A stretch of DNA of 64,000 nt from positions 56,217,553-56,281,552 of the forward strand of contig NC_081361.1 in assembly GCF_030684315.1 (NCBI RefSeq), given 5' to 3'. Source of the DNA: Stegostoma tigrinum. Its lineage: Eukaryota. This document shows positions 26,266 through 40,192 of the stretch, one piece after another. The position numbers and the translations under genes were made by a program. Position 1 is the first letter of the stretch; each line of letters starts with the position of its first letter. The notes beneath the pieces were generated by a model, which ran no database searches, was not told the DNA's origin, and saw only the letters and a list, made by a program, of their open reading frames with translations.

Positions 26266-29110
26266 CTAAAGAACAATAGAGCACAGGAACAGGTCCTTCA
26301 GCCTTCCAAGCCTGTGTCGACACATTTTGCCCTTCCACACTACAACTTCCTGTAAGTCCCTCTATTCCTTTCCAATTCATGTATTTTTCCAGGTACTTCT
26401 TGAATGCTGCTACGGTGTCTGCTTCCACCACCTTGTCTGGCAGCATGTTCCAGGCACCCACCACCCTCTGTGTGAAAAATTTGCCTCTCACATCTCTTTT
26501 AAACTTGCCTCCACCACTCCACCCCCGGACCTTGAACTTGTGCCCCCTCGTAATTGATTCATACACCCTGTGAAAAACCTCAGACTTTCCACCCTACCTA
26601 TGTCATTTACAATCTTTAAACTTCTACCAGGCCACGTCTCAACGTCCCACTTTCCAGTGAAAACAAAACCAGTCTATTCTTCATTTCTTCATTGCTAAAA
26701 TCCCCCATACCAGGCATCATGCTGGTAAACCTTTTCTGTACCCTCTCCAAAGCAGTGTGGTGACCAGAGCTTTACGCAATATTCCAAGTGTGGCCTAACT
26801 AATGTACTACAAAGCTACAGCATTACTTGCCTATCCTTATATTCTGTGCCCATTCCAATGATGGCAAGCACGCCATAACCCTTTTTACTACTTCATCTAC
26901 CTGCTCTGCCACCTTCAGCGATCTGTGGACCAACACACCCAGATCCCTCTGCATATCAGTAATGAGAAGGGCTTATAATTTCCACCTGACCCTGACCTTT
27001 GTCACCTTCTAAAATGTGTCATCTCACATGTGTACAGATTAAGTTCCATCTGTCATTTTTCTGCCATTGTCTCCAGCTGGTCTATATCCTGCCATATCCT
27101 CTGATAATTCTCACTATCTGCTACTCCATCAATCTTTGTATCATCTGCAAACTTACTAATTAGACCAGCTATGTTTTCTTCTAAATCAGTTATGTAGATC
27201 ACAAACAGTGCTGATCCCTGTGGAACACCACTAGTTACAACCCTTCAATCCAAAAAGCATCCTCCTAACACTACACTCTGTCTCCTATGCCTAAGATAGC
27301 CATGATGTGGAGGTAGTGGTATTGGTCTGGTGTGTTTCAAAACCATACAGATGTTGGGACAATGGATAAATGGACACTACGTAACAACTGCCAGACAGTG
27401 ATGTTCCCTCCCAGTGGGGGAACCCTTCAGTGCTCAAGGACATTCGGCCTCAGATCTTCAGGTAAACGTCCTCCAAGGCAGACTTCAGGATACATAACAA
27501 CGCAGAGTCGCCGAGCAGAGGCTGATTGCTGAGTTTGGTACCCATGAGGATGGGTTCAACTGGGATCTTAGGTTCATGTCGCACTTAAGGTGACCCCACC
27601 AAACTGCACCCATGCACACACATCCACACATGCACATCCACACACACACACCTGTGAATCAATGGTGTGAATTTGTATTTGCAGATTTTACTTTGTTCAA
27701 AAAACACATAAAATTAAACAGCCAATCAATATGGCGTTTTATAAATTCCTGCTTTAGAAATAATACCAGACAACTCCAAACCGTAACACAAACAGATTCT
27801 AAAGAAGCTCTCACACCTAACATGCATTGTCTGACCTAAATGTCACCTCTTCTTTACACTGCTAAAACTTTTACTTCTCTCAGGAATTCTGGGATTTACA
27901 TGTACATATTAATCAATTAAAACCTTCTAACTGATTGAAGACTTAACAGCATCTCAGGTTTGTTTAGTACATCCTCATCAATGGTGTGAACCTTTGATCT
28001 TTTACTTGTAAATTCTATGTCTATACTACCTCTCTCACTAGTACCTGAAGAAGGACTGATGCTCTGAAAGCTTGTGTTTTCAAATAAACCTGTTGGACTA
28101 TAACCTGATGTCGTGTGATTTCTGACTTTGTCCTATGACTCAGCCAATTCTGTATACATCTTGCCAGCTCAGTCCGATACAATGAGACTTCAACTTTTGT
28201 ACCAGTCTGCCATGAGGGACCTTGTCAAAGGCTTTACTAAAGTCCATATAGATAACATCAATTGCTTTACCCTCATCAATCATCTTCATCACCTCCACAA
28301 GCATCTTGATCAAGTTAGTGAGACACAGCTTTCCCTGTACAAAACCATGCCATCTATCACTAATAAGTCCATTTGCTTCTAAATGCATACTGATTTTGTT
28401 CCTGGGATTCTTTTTCAATAATTTTCCGACCACTGATGTGAGGCTTACAAGGCCTGTAATTTCCTGAATTATCCCTGCCAACCTTCTTAAACAATGGGAC
28501 AACATTGACTACTTTCCAGTCTTCTGGGACCTCCCCTGTGGCCAAAGAGGATACAAAGATGTAAGTCAATGCTCCAGCAATTTGTTTACTTGCCTCCCTC
28601 AATATTCTGGGAGTGATCCCATCAGGACCCAGGGACTTATCTACCTTAATACTTTGTAATATGCACAACACCTCTCCCTTTTAAAAAGCAACTTGGTTAG
28701 AAATTGTCACTCTTCCCCAAAATTATCTTCCATCAATTCCTTCTCTTTGGTGAATACTGATACAAAGTATTCATTTAGGACCTCATCTGCCTCTTCTGGC
28801 TCTGCACATTGATTCCCTGCTTTGTCCTTGAGTGGACCGACCCTTTCCCTGGTCACCCTCTTGCTTTATATATATGTATAAAAAGCTTTGGGATTCTCCT
28901 TAATTCTGTTTGCCAATAACTTTTCATGACCTCTTTTAGCCCTTCTAATTCCTTGTTTAAGTTCTATCCTACTTTCCTTATATACTTCAAGAGCTTCCAT
29001 CCTCCTAAACTTTGTGTAAGCTTCCTTTTTCTTTTTGACCAGGGTCATAACATCCAAGGTTCACATAACTTGCCATACCTATCCTTCATTGTCCCAGGAG
29101 TGTTCAAATT
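26266..29110 (-). mobile_element. CR1 LINE (~2 kb of ORF2), interrupted by a Penelope element
   Basis: GPDGITPRIL, GNYRP, YMDFSKAFDKVPH and FFTQRVV motifs on the minus strand. Confidence 0.92.
27300..28130 (+). mobile_element. Penelope-like element (second subfamily) nested in CR1
   Basis: GIY-YIG C-terminal remnant (GHSASDLQVNVLQG...AEQRLIAEFGTHEDG); terminal CTGAAGA-AGGACTGATGCTCT-GAAAGCTT at 28045-28073; approximate TSD TCCTATG(C/A)CT(A/C)AG. Confidence 0.8.
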
Positions 29111-29599
29111 GCTTGAAGACTAAGTAACCTCAGGCTCCTTGCCCATATTCATAAAGATTTCCTATGTATTTAAAGCCTTTGTATGTTTTCATGTATGTTC
29201 AATCTTTAACTTTGAAAATGAACAGTGAATCATTTGTATATTTTGTTCCAGATGCTCTAACTGTCTTCAAGTAGGCATCATTTATATTTCCCCAGCTCAC
29301 CAACCTCACCATCATGCAGCTGCTAAGTGCAGGACTGGATCCAAGAAATAAGTCAGCCCAAAGTCATTTGCCAAGAAACTGTATTTACTCTGCCTATAAG
29401 TATCATAGTGAACACAACTATTACCCTACCAATTTCTCTTTTTTGCTCCTGAATCTACAGGATCCTACTAATAAATGCATTGACTACGTTATATTCTCTT
29501 GCCTTCATGTGTGTGTATTAGTAAGTTATTAAAGCAAAGCTGACCTGTGATTAACATACACCTTGCATTAAAACATTGCAAGGCCCAAACTTCCAAGGA

Positions 29600-30990
29600 G
29601 GACTAGAATTACATTTCATCCTGTAGGGGCTTGACAGAAAATATAACTTCCGACTCAGTTCCAGACCTGTGAAATCAAATAAAGTCAGATGCTAGACCAT
29701 TAAATTAAGGCATCATTGTAACAAGGACTGGGCCATTGAAAATAATGCTGAAACATATGACATCCGAGAACAAAATGAAGCAGTCCACATCGCCTGGCTG
29801 AACAAATCAAGGTCAAAGATGCAGCCTTCCATTCTAGTCAAGGCTGCCAGATTCAAATTCAGGAGATAAAAGACATATGTTGGGAAGAGTTATCTGAAGA
29901 GATCTCATGATATACTGATCATCATAATATGCAAATCCACCTAAAGACCGATGTCAAATTGACAAAATCCCCTTCTCAAGGGTTACAATGCTATTGCCAA
30001 TGCTGGAAAGAGCATTTTGAACATTACCTGAACTGTGCATTCATAGCAGCAGCTGATCATCTCAAGGCTATTCCCCCAATGGTCTGTAGTAAAATTTTTG
30101 GATGAAACAGCATAAGTAAGAAAGCTCCAACAAACAGTTAGTGGACAAATATCAATAAAATCTGCATCCCCAGTGGTATTCAATTTAAGGTCTCCAAATC
30201 TAGCAGACTTTGATCACATCAAGATTCTATACACCTATATTTCAGATGTGGGAAGTAATAATTCTCCCAATTCTCATACCTTGGCAGCTACTTCTCACAA
30301 AAGGTCAACACTATCAAGGAGGTCTAACATTGGAGCTGTGTCAACACAGCCTTTGACAAACTATGGCAGTGAATGTTCAACAACAAATATCTCCGCAAAT
30401 CTCCATAAGTCATGTTGTCCAGCGCATTTGTCATTATCGTACTCCTGTGGTGACCTACATTGTGTATCAGTGACACACAACAGCATGAGAGGAGTTCCAT
30501 TAGCATTGCTTTTGCCACAAATTTGGGTACAGTGGAATGATCCTTAAGCAAACTCTGTTGTCCTTTTTGAAGCCAGAACTTGTGAAATCAACTTCAATTG
30601 ACTGGACCCTAGCCCAGACGGTTAAAAATTGTTTTCTGTTTCTTCACCTTTCAAATGGGCAATGATCTAGGGTGTATATAGAAAATGTTTCGAAGACACT
30701 CTAAACCTTTCCTTGAATGTGGCAGCATTGGTATTAATAGTTGGAGGAAGATTGCTGCAAACTGTGTGATGACTTGTTATTACATTTTGAGTCACAGCAT
30801 ATCAATGAAGAGGTAGAGTAGAGTCAAAAAAGGAAAGTAAAGACAGAAAATCAGGCTCTCACTACTGCATAGGACATCCTGACCATTTGCCTATTTAAAT
30901 TGAGAATTAGTCTGTTCAGTCACATGAAGACCTGGGACAGAAACTGATGATCTTGAGTAGATGTCAACCTTGAATTGAGGAACAGCAAGC
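29600..30990 (+). mobile_element. Degenerate RTE-clade LINE
   Basis: FSYLGS..., TAFDKLW, CFEDTL and RISLFSHMKT remnants typical of the RTE ORF2 C-terminus. Confidence 0.7.
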
Positions 30991-31884
30991 AACAGTTTCC
31001 TGAAGGCAATTGATCAGCGAGCAGCTGAGGAATTCCTGTCAGGTTTTCAAACAAAACAACTCTCGACTGAACCTACCAACATGCAACCCCACTTCACAGA
31101 CAGACACACAATATGCTCTATTCCTCACCCACTCACCTAACCAGTCCACCTATCAGATACTAAACAGATGTCATGTGTGAATGGCATGAATGACTGTCTC
31201 TTTATGAGACTGATCCAATCCTGGGTTCTGGGTTAGGCTCAATGCTAACGTACACTGATGACCAGAACTTTACCTTGCTAAGTAAATTGCCATGATTAAG
31301 AAAACATGACATCACTAAAGGTTAGGAGTGATAAAATAGGTCAAAACTTGTGGCTTGGAAACAACAATCTTGGAGTTTAAAAACCTGTTGTTTCTAGGAA
31401 ATACGGAAGATGAGAGAAAATGCAATCACCCCCAAATTTAAAAATCTTCTGAATCTTATATTCCTATGAAATACTTGTGGATTTTTGTGGATATTGAAGA
31501 AATGTAAGTTGTAAGAAAAATATAAAGTTTTATTTGCAAACTGAAATATTTGATCCTTCTAAAACAATTTAATAGACTCCTTGCAACTTCAGTGCAATTG
31601 TTCAGAATTACACACTTATCCCTTTTTTTTTACATATTAATTAACACATTTGGCCCGTTACATTTTATTTCAAAGGTGACATTGGTCTTGTATTAAGCAT
31701 CACTCGATTTATATTCCCAACATGAATTTGCTTGTTGTGAACAGCAGAAACAGTATGCTGTTTGATATGATTCCCCAGTGTTTGGGACCTATGACTTCTA
31801 CACCTGGCATCACTCTGGCACTGAAACTTATAAATCACATAAATTTGTGTGGTAGGACAATATCTTTTTAGTTTTGACAGAATT

Positions 31885-32050
31885 ATTTGAAATCACAAGC
31901 ATTCAGAGCACTGTTCCTTCATCAGGTGAAGTGGAGGGAGGCACACAGAATGTACAGGCAGATAATGGCAAGATAATTCCAGGTAATTAAAAATATTAAC
32001 AGCTAAGTACAAGTAGTCTGAGTAGAGTGTCGACAGGCTGAATATTTGTA
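31885..32050 (-). mobile_element. Penelope 3' end with hammerhead remnant
   Basis: Minus strand CTGATGA-AGGAACAGTGCTCT-GAATGCTT at ~31897-31925, followed by TTTCAAATAA as at 28078. Confidence 0.65.
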
Positions 32051-32059
32051 GCATTTGTG

Positions 32060-32860
32060 GCACATGAATATGGGCAATGATCATCTTCAATAAGAGACAA
32101 TCTGACCATTATTTCTTGAAATTTGATGGCATTACCATCACTGAATCCTCCATGATCATCATCCAGGTCAAAGCAGACCACTTGATTGATACTACATCCA
32201 TAAACGTCCACTCCCTCTAACACAAACACTCAGAAGCAGCATAAAAACCGAAAGGACTGTGATTGCTGTAAATTAGGAACAGAAACAGAAGTTGCTGGAA
32301 AAGCTCAGTAGGTGTGGCAGCATCTGTGAAGAAAAAAAAATCAGGTTTAACATTTCGGGTCCGGTGACCCTTCCTTAGAACAGCAGTTCTGATGAAGGGT
32401 CACCGGACTCGAAACATTAACTTTGATTTTTCTCTGCACAGATGCTGCCACACCTGCTGAACTTTTCCAGCAACTTCTGTTTTTGTTGTGACTCAGAAGC
32501 AACAGTCTGTACCATCGACAAGATGAACTACAAAAATTGACCAAAGATCCTTAGATAGCACTTTCCAAACACACAACCACTCCCATTATGAAGGACAAGA
32601 ACAGCTACTTGTGATCGCCGCCTACTTCTAAGTTCTGCTCCAAACCACTCACCATTTCTGATATGGAAATATATCATTGTTCCTTCAGGTCATGAGTTGA
32701 AAATCCTAAAATTCCCACCCTTACAGAATTGTGCATTCACGTACAGCATGTGAACTGCTGCGGTTCAAGAAGGCAGCTCAGTACCAGCTTCTCAACGCTA
32801 ACTAGGGATGGCGATAAATACTGGCCCAGCCAATGATGCCTAACGTGAATAAAATAAAAG
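32060..32860 (+). mobile_element. LINE 3' fragment (tail shared with the local SINE family), interrupted by a fold-back element
   Basis: Ends CTGCGGTTCAAGAAGGCAGCTCA...CTAGGGATGGCGATAAATACTGGCC. Confidence 0.6.
32242..32490. mobile_element. Penelope-derived fold-back element with 14-bp TSD and hammerhead motif
   Basis: Inverted arms; CTGATGA-A-GGGTC-ACCG-GACTC-GAAACATT at 32389-32418; TSD ACTCAGAAGCA[G/A]CA at 32228-32241 and 32491-32504. Confidence 0.88.
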
Positions 32861-32934
32861 AATTTTAATAATGGATTGGTGGTGGGTAAATTATTGGAGG
32901 TTATTCTGAAAGATATACATTTGAGAGACAAGAA

Positions 32935-33441
32935 TTCCATACACGCACCACCTTCTGCTTGAGAAAGTTTCTCCCTACATCCCTTTTATATCTTCCCCCT
33001 CTCACCTTAAACCTATGCTGTCTTGTTTTAGACTCCTCCACCCCAGGGAAAAGACCTGGCCTTTTTACCCTATCCATGCCTCTCATGATTTAATAAACCT
33101 CTATAAGGTCTCCACTCTGCCTCTGATGCTTCTGGGAAAATAGCCCTAGTTTATTCAACCTCTCTCTATAGCTCAAACCCTCCAACACTGGTAACATCCT
33201 CATAAATGTTTTCTGAACCCTTTCTAATTCACGACATCTTTCCTACAGGAGAGAAACCAGAATTGCACACAAACTCCAAAGGTGACCTAACCAATGTCCT
33301 GTATGGCCACAGCATGACCTCCCAACTCCTTTACACAATGCACTGACCAATAAAGGCAAGTATACCCAATGTCTTCTTCATTAGCCCATCTACCTGCGAC
33401 TCCACTTTCAATGAACCTGCGCTCCAAGTTCTCTTTGTTCT
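32935..33441 (-). mobile_element. CR1 LINE fragment
   Basis: MRGMDRV...HRFKVRGGRYKRDV on the minus strand. Confidence 0.85.
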
Positions 33442-33442
33442 G

Positions 33443-34350
33443 ATCAAGATGACACCCAAATTTGTGATATAGTGGACAGTGAAGCAGATTATCTAAGATT
33501 ACAAAGAGATCTTGATCACTTGAGTCAATGGGCTGAAGAGTAGCAGATGGAATTTAATATGGATAAATGCAAGGTATTGTGTTTTGGTAAGACAAACAGA
33601 GGCAGGACATATACAAATAATGATCAAGCCCTGGCAAGTGTTATAGAACAGAAAGACCTAGTGGTTCAAGTACATCATTCTTTGAAATTTACATAATAGG
33701 TTTGACAGGGTGGTTAAGAAGATGTTTGTCACACTTGCCTTCATTGCTCAGACTTTTGAGTATAGGAGTTGAGATGTCATGTTTAGAGTGTATAGGATGC
33801 TGGTGAGGCATCTTCTGGAGTACTGTGTGCAGTTCTGATCACCCTGTTACTGGAAGGATTTTATTAAACTGGAGCACATTCTGAAAAGATTTACTAGGCT
33901 GACGCCAGGAATGGAGGGTTTGAGATATAAAATAGACTAGAAAGACTGGAACTTTTTCACTGGAGCACAGGAGGTTGAGCGGTGACCTCATTGAAGTTTA
34001 TCAAATCCTGAGTAGCATAGATAAGCTGAATGACAAGGGTCTTTTCCCTGGGTTGGGAGAGTTCAAAACTGGAGGCATATTTTTAAGGTGAGATGAGAAA
34101 GATTTAAAAAGGACATGAGGGGCAACACTTTTACACAGAAAGTAGTTGATATGTGGAATGAATTGCCAGAGAATTGGTGGATACAGATACAGATACAATT
34201 TTTAAAAGACGTTTGGATAGATTCATGAATAAGAATGGTTTGGAGGGATATAAGCCAAGCACAGGCAGATGGGACTAGTTTATTTTGGGAACCTAGTCGG
34301 CGTGGACTAGCTGGACTGAAGGGTCTGTTTCTACGCTATATGACTCTATG
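33443..34350 (+). mobile_element. CR1 LINE 3' fragment
   Basis: DDTQ, QMEFNMDKCKV, LEYCVQF; TATGACTCTATG tail. Confidence 0.88.
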
Positions 34351-34695
34351 GCTGTCTGATTTGTATTTTGGACAATCCTCAAACAGCACACGTCTCGATG
34401 ATTACTTTAATTATATGTGGGCAATTGAAACTGAAATAAGATTATTGTTGAAAAGCTTTGTCCCCTGTGATCTTTGCAGAAATCCCCCAGTGCACTTCTG
34501 GTTAATTAGTAGCACAGTAACAGTCACTGACAGTTAGACGTAAAGTAGGAGTATCTGTCTGTAGGTGGATCCTTTTATTACTTTCATGGAGTGTTAAGCA
34601 AGTACATCGAGTTTCATGGTTGTTCAGAACATTCACCTCACACCTCTGGGACCTCAGCTTGAATCCAGCTCAGACAGCTAAAATGAAACTCTGAC

Positions 34696-34760
34696 ATAAT
34701 AAAATGTGAAGCTGGATGAACACAGCAGGCCAAGCAGCATCTCAGGAGCACAAAAGCTCT
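34696..34760 (-). mobile_element. Single truncated arm of the fold-back family
   Basis: GTGAAGCTGGATGAACACAGCAGGCCAAGCAGCATCTCAGGAGCACAAAAGCT flanked by repeated AA[A/G]TGAAACTCTG. Confidence 0.7.
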
Positions 34761-36865
34761 GATTAAAGTGAAACTCTGCTGTCTGTGCATACTTCAAAGG
34801 ATCTTTTATTAAAGTAACATTACAACTGGGGCATAACAAATGCTCATCAAGTAAGAAAGAATCTACAAATAAATTGACAAATAGGAAGGTTCACTCAGAA
34901 AGGCCTTTCAGCATGATTCATGTTAAACATTAAAAAAAGTCACATTAGGGTCATATCTGCTGAGGTGCTGGCCACAGGGAATTTTGCCTGTGGTTTTATA
35001 CCTGAGCTTGGAGAACCTGATGTCAATAGTGAATGACAAGAGGCGAGAAGTTTCTCACATCGAGCACAACAGCTAATAATAATAATTACAGACCATAGAG
35101 CCATAGAAAGGTTACAACATGGAAAGAACCCATGTCTGTACAGGTTGGATGAACTAAGCATCCATTTCACTCACACTTTCCAGCAACTAGCCTGTAGCCT
35201 TGCAGCTTCTGTTGCAGATCCAGGTTTCTTTTAAACGAATGAAGGTCTTGAGCCTCAGCCACCAAACTCGACAGCAAATTCCAGACACCTGTTACCCTCT
35301 GGGTAAAAAAGATTTTCCATTCCCCCCCTAATTTTTCTACTGATCACTTTAAATCTGTGTCCCTGCTAATTGAACTCTCATAGGTTCATACAAGTTCACA
35401 AAACAGAAAGCGGGCATTCAGTAGATTGTCTCCCATCCAGTTAACAAAGATGTGACTGCACTTATCCCATTTTCCAGCTCTTGTTCCATAGCCCTAGAGG
35501 ATATTGCAGCACAAATGAATACCTAAATACTGCTTAAATGTTACGAGTTTTATTTCATTCAACTACCATTTCAGGCTGTGAATTCCAGACTCTAAGCAAC
35601 CTCTGAGTGAAAACAATTCTCCTCAGCCTGCATCTGAACCTTTCACCATGTACCTTTAATCCATGTCCCTTATTATTGAACTCTTGAGGAATGGAAAGAG
35701 GGCCTTTCTATCAACCCAATCTATACCTCTCATAATTTTATACACTTCCATGAAATCCCCTCTCAACCTTTGCTGCTCCAAGGAAAACAACCCCAGTCTA
35801 TTCAATCATTCCTCATAACTTAATCCGTCCAGCCAATGCAGCATCCTGGTAAATTTTCTCTGTACCCTCTCTAGTGTTGTTACATTTGTCCTATGATCTG
35901 GTGATCAAAACTCATGCAGTTCTCCAGTTATGCACTAACCAAGATTTCAAGCAAATCTAGTGTACCCTCAGTGCTCTTATCTTCTATCTCTTGGCTAATA
36001 AAAGCAAGAGTCGCAGCTGCTTTCTTAACCACCTTATCTACCTGCCCTGCTACCTTCAAGGATCTGTAAATATGGACACCAAGGTCCTGCTGATGTTTGG
36101 TACTTCCCAGGGTCCTCCTATAATTAGCGCAACCCCCTGCCTTGTTAGGAACATTGGAACAGTGGTAGACCATACAGTCTATCAAGCCTACCCCACCATT
36201 CAAAATTATTATAGCTAATGCTTTTACCCAATCCACTCCCTGTAACTCTATGATATCAATAATCATAAGTCTATCAATCTCTACCTTAGAGGCACTCAAA
36301 TACTAAGCAGTCTGTGGTAGAGAACTCCAAAGATTCACAATCACCGAGTAAAATAAATTCCCTTCATCTTGGACTGAGGTGGTATCTCTGTTATCTTTAA
36401 ATTGTACCACAATGTTTTTAGATTTATAAACTGGTATAACATCTTACCTGCATCTACTTTGTCTATTCCTTTAAGTATTTGCTAAGTTTCAATAAGATCA
36501 TCTCATACTGTTTGAAACACTTAAGAATATGGTTTGCCCAATCTCTCTTCATAAGATAGCCCCACCACGCCTAGAACAAGTCTGGTGGAGTGTAATTGTA
36601 CTCCCTCTAAGGCGACGATATATTGTCTGAGATAAGGAGACTAAAACTGCATAACTGCAGTCTCACAAGTTTCTATACAATTAAAGCAATATTTCACTAC
36701 TCCCATAATCAGATCTTCTTGAAATAAAGTTTAAAATTCTATTAATTTTCCTAATAGCTTCATACACCTTCAGTGATATATGGAAGAAGACACTTAGGTC
36801 CCTTTGTATTTTCTGACCTCTTACCACTTAACTGTGGGTAACCCACCAAGCTGGTATATAACTTA

Positions 36866-37079
36866 GAGATAATGGGAACTGCAGATGCTGGAGAATCCAA
36901 GATAACAAAGTGTGAAGCTGGATGAACACAGCAGGCCAAGCAGCATCTCAGGAGCACAAAAGCTGACGTTTCGGGCCGAGACCCATCTGATGAAGGGTCT
37001 AGGCCCGAAACGTCAGCTTTTGTTCTCCTGAGATGCTGCTTGGCCTGCTGTGTTCATCCAGCTTCACACTTTATTATCT
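36866..37079. mobile_element. Penelope-derived fold-back element with perfect 14-bp TSD
   Basis: TSD TGGTATATAACTTA at 36852-36865 and 37080-37093; near-perfect ~85-bp inverted arms. Confidence 0.92.
36984..37018 (+). ncRNA. Minimal type I hammerhead ribozyme motif (intact core)
   Basis: CTGATGA-A-GGGT-CTAG-GCCC-GAAACGTC-AG at 36987-37016. Confidence 0.8.
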
Positions 37080-39448
37080 TGGTATATAACTTACTACACT
37101 TCATACTTTTCCACATTATATTCCATCTGCCACGTTCTTGTTATTCACCAAGCCTATCCAAATCTTTCTGAAGCCACTTTGCATCTTCCTCACAACATAG
37201 GTTGCCACTTAACTTTGCATCATCCACAAATTTGCAAGTATTACATTTGGTGCTCCACCACCAAATCTTTGGTATACATTGTGAATAGCTGGGTCCCAAG
37301 TACATGACCTCACATTTTTCTGTGTCGAATTCCATTTGCACACTGATGAGAGCAGATTGACTGGCTTATACCATACCATACCATTTTTGAATAATGTTAC
37401 AAGGCTCATCTCCGATCCTCTTTATATCTAATGAGGGTTGGAAAATGCTCCTCAAGCATACATTATTTCATTCCTGGCTTCCTTTAACAGTCTGGGATAC
37501 AATTCATCTGACCCTCATGATTTATTCACTTTCAGTTAAGTCACTGTCTCTAATGATTCCCTTCTCATTGTGCTTATTTTATCTAATATTGCACACTCGT
37601 CCTCTATAACTAGATTGTTTCCTTTGTGAAGTCAAAGACAAAGAGCTCATTAAGAACTTGTGCTGTATCATCCACCTGCCCAGCTCCATTTAAGACTTTA
37701 GGACCAAAAGACACAGGAGCAGAAGGAGCAGAAGTAGACCATACAGCCAGTTGTGTTTGCTTTGCCATTCAATGAGATCATGGCTGATCTGATAATCTTC
37801 AGCTCCACTCTCCTGCATTTTCCCGATGACCCAAGGACAATATTTATATACTAGATGATAACTGGGTCATTGAAGTGCACTATTTTCCTCTTTTGAGTTT
37901 TGTATGGAGAAATTTATTACATAGTTCATCCTCCAACTCTTTCCTATGATTTGGGAGTATATCATACACATCCAGCAGTGTGGCTTGTTTCCATTTTGTT
38001 TCTGAGCTCAACCCACATGGTCCATTGTAGGAGTACAACGAAAAGCTTTTACAATGTCTGCCATTTATGGTGACATCTTGGGTATAAGTGCCAAGGTACA
38101 AATCTTGGATACAACAGAAGAATAAAATGTAGTTGCATTACTTAACACAGTTTAAAGAATAAGTTAAAAATCAAACATTGTTCAAGGATTGACACTAGAA
38201 TAAGGTAAAAAATTTCAAACAACATCACATTGTAGCAACTCAATGCAAGGCCTCAGCACGTGGTCTGACCACCTGCACCAGACCCCGATCCAACAGCTGA
38301 CTCGCTCAGCTACAAGCCTCCAGTCCACTCCATGCTGGCACTTAGCTGCTGCAAGGTAAGTTCCAGGACTACATCCCCTGCACCGATCTCCGCCTGAGAC
38401 TTGCTGCCTGCTTCTAGAGGGGCTGCTTTCTTCACATGCTGCTTTGGAGCTTACTGCCTGCGTTGTTCCGGGACTCACAGCCTATGTGCTGCTTCAGGGC
38501 TTGCAACCCCTACGCTGTTCTGGGTCTTGCAAACCACACCCTGTTCCAGGGTTTGTTTCTGCAGGACTTGCGCCTGTGCCTGACGCTGTTCCAGAATTCT
38601 CCTTTGGACCTAAAGGGGTGGGGGCTAAGGGGGGAGAGGGGGAGGTGATGTGGGGGTGGGGGTGTGAAAAAAAGAGCAAAAAGAAAATGAAATAAAAAGC
38701 ACAGGCGGAGCAGAGCAGATCCAGCGGGAGCATCTTACGCTGGTGCAAGGGGAATGCAGAGAGAAAGCCAAATGTAGACGTCTGAACACAGTAGAAGAAG
38801 AAAGGACACCCCCCACACCCCCACCGATATATATCCCCTTCCACTGAACCCCTTCTAACTAACCAAGTTCCCACCTTACACCCACTGCAGCAAAAGCAGC
38901 GTTCAGCGCAGAGAGGGCACCTCTGAGAGAGGCCTTTGTTTATGCTTCCTGAAAATGATTGGCACAAGCTTAAAAATACCAATTTAAACCAGCACCAACA
39001 AACCAGCTACGGCTTTCCTCAGGTGTTGTATACCCATGAGTTAATGCTGTAAAAAAACTTCTCTTCTCCTGACTTAAAGACTAATGTTTGGTTAATTGCT
39101 GTCTTATAGAAAGAAAACCTATAATTTTAAATCAAAATTAGCTGTAAAACTTTCGTACTCAGCAGTTTCCTGTGCAGACAAGTTACTGCTGATGGAGACC
39201 TCAATTTTTACTTAATTTTATTAAATTACATTCTACTAAGCCTGTAATAAAAAATCATAAGTTGTTTCTCCACACAGATCTCAGTTGAAGAATTAAACTC
39301 TTAAAAATGAATTGTTTTAAAATTACATCATTTTAAAAGTTGTTTTATATCAGGATTCTCTAAATGGGTTGTAACCACATTAAGTTCTATTCCTTGAACA
39401 TTTAAAAACAGCATTTTCTTTTTCAGAATGAATGGAACCCTTGTACAA

Positions 39449-40192
39449 ATAGAATCATAGAGATGTACAACACAGAAACAGACCCTTCTGTCCAACTTGC
39501 TCATGCCAACTAGATATCCTAAATTAATTTAGTCCCATTTTTCAGCATTTGGCCCATGTCCCGCAAAACCCTTCCTATTCATTTACCCATTCAGGCGCTT
39601 TTAAATGTTGTAATTATACCAGCCATTACCACTTTGTCTGGCAGTTAATTCTATACACACACTACTGCTTGCATGTAGAAGTTGCCCCTTAATCCCTTTT
39701 AAATCTTTTCCCCTCACCTTAAACCTATGCCCTCTAGTTTTGGACTTGCCTACCCTGGGGAAAAGATCTTGACCATTCACATTACTATGCCCTCATGATT
39801 TTACAAACCTCTATAAGATCACCCCTCGGCATCCAGTGCTCAAGGGAAAATAGTCTCAGTCTGTTCAGCCTCTCCCTATTGCTCAAACCCTCCAACCCTG
39901 GCCGTATCCTTGTAAATCTTTTCTGAACCCTTTCATGTTTAACAACATCTTTCCTGTAGCACGGAGACAGGAATTGAATGCAGCATTCCAACAGTGGCCT
40001 AACCAATGTCCTGTACAGCCACAATATGACCTCCCAACTCCTATACTCAAGGTACTGACCAATAAATAATCGCACCAAATGCCTTCTTCACTACCCTATC
40101 CACCTGTGACTATAGTTTCAATGGACTATCAACCTGCACTCCATGGTCTCTTTGTTCAGCAACACTCCCCAGTACTTTACCATTTAGTGTAT
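39449..40192 (-). mobile_element. CR1 LINE 3' fragment
   Basis: LYRTLVRPLLECCIQF...ERVQKRFTR. Confidence 0.9.

Larger units (their letters stand above)
35092..37660 (-). mobile_element. Cluster of nested, decayed CR1 LINE fragments
   Basis: DLGVHIYRSLKVAGQVDKVVKK, KFVDDAKL...LQKDLDRL and MEFDTEKCEV motifs. Confidence 0.8.

Noticed and set aside
32935-34350. Head-to-head CR1 pieces as a single twin-primed inversion
   Set aside because: Both pieces cover the same ORF2 region and differ in sequence, so two independent insertions are more likely.
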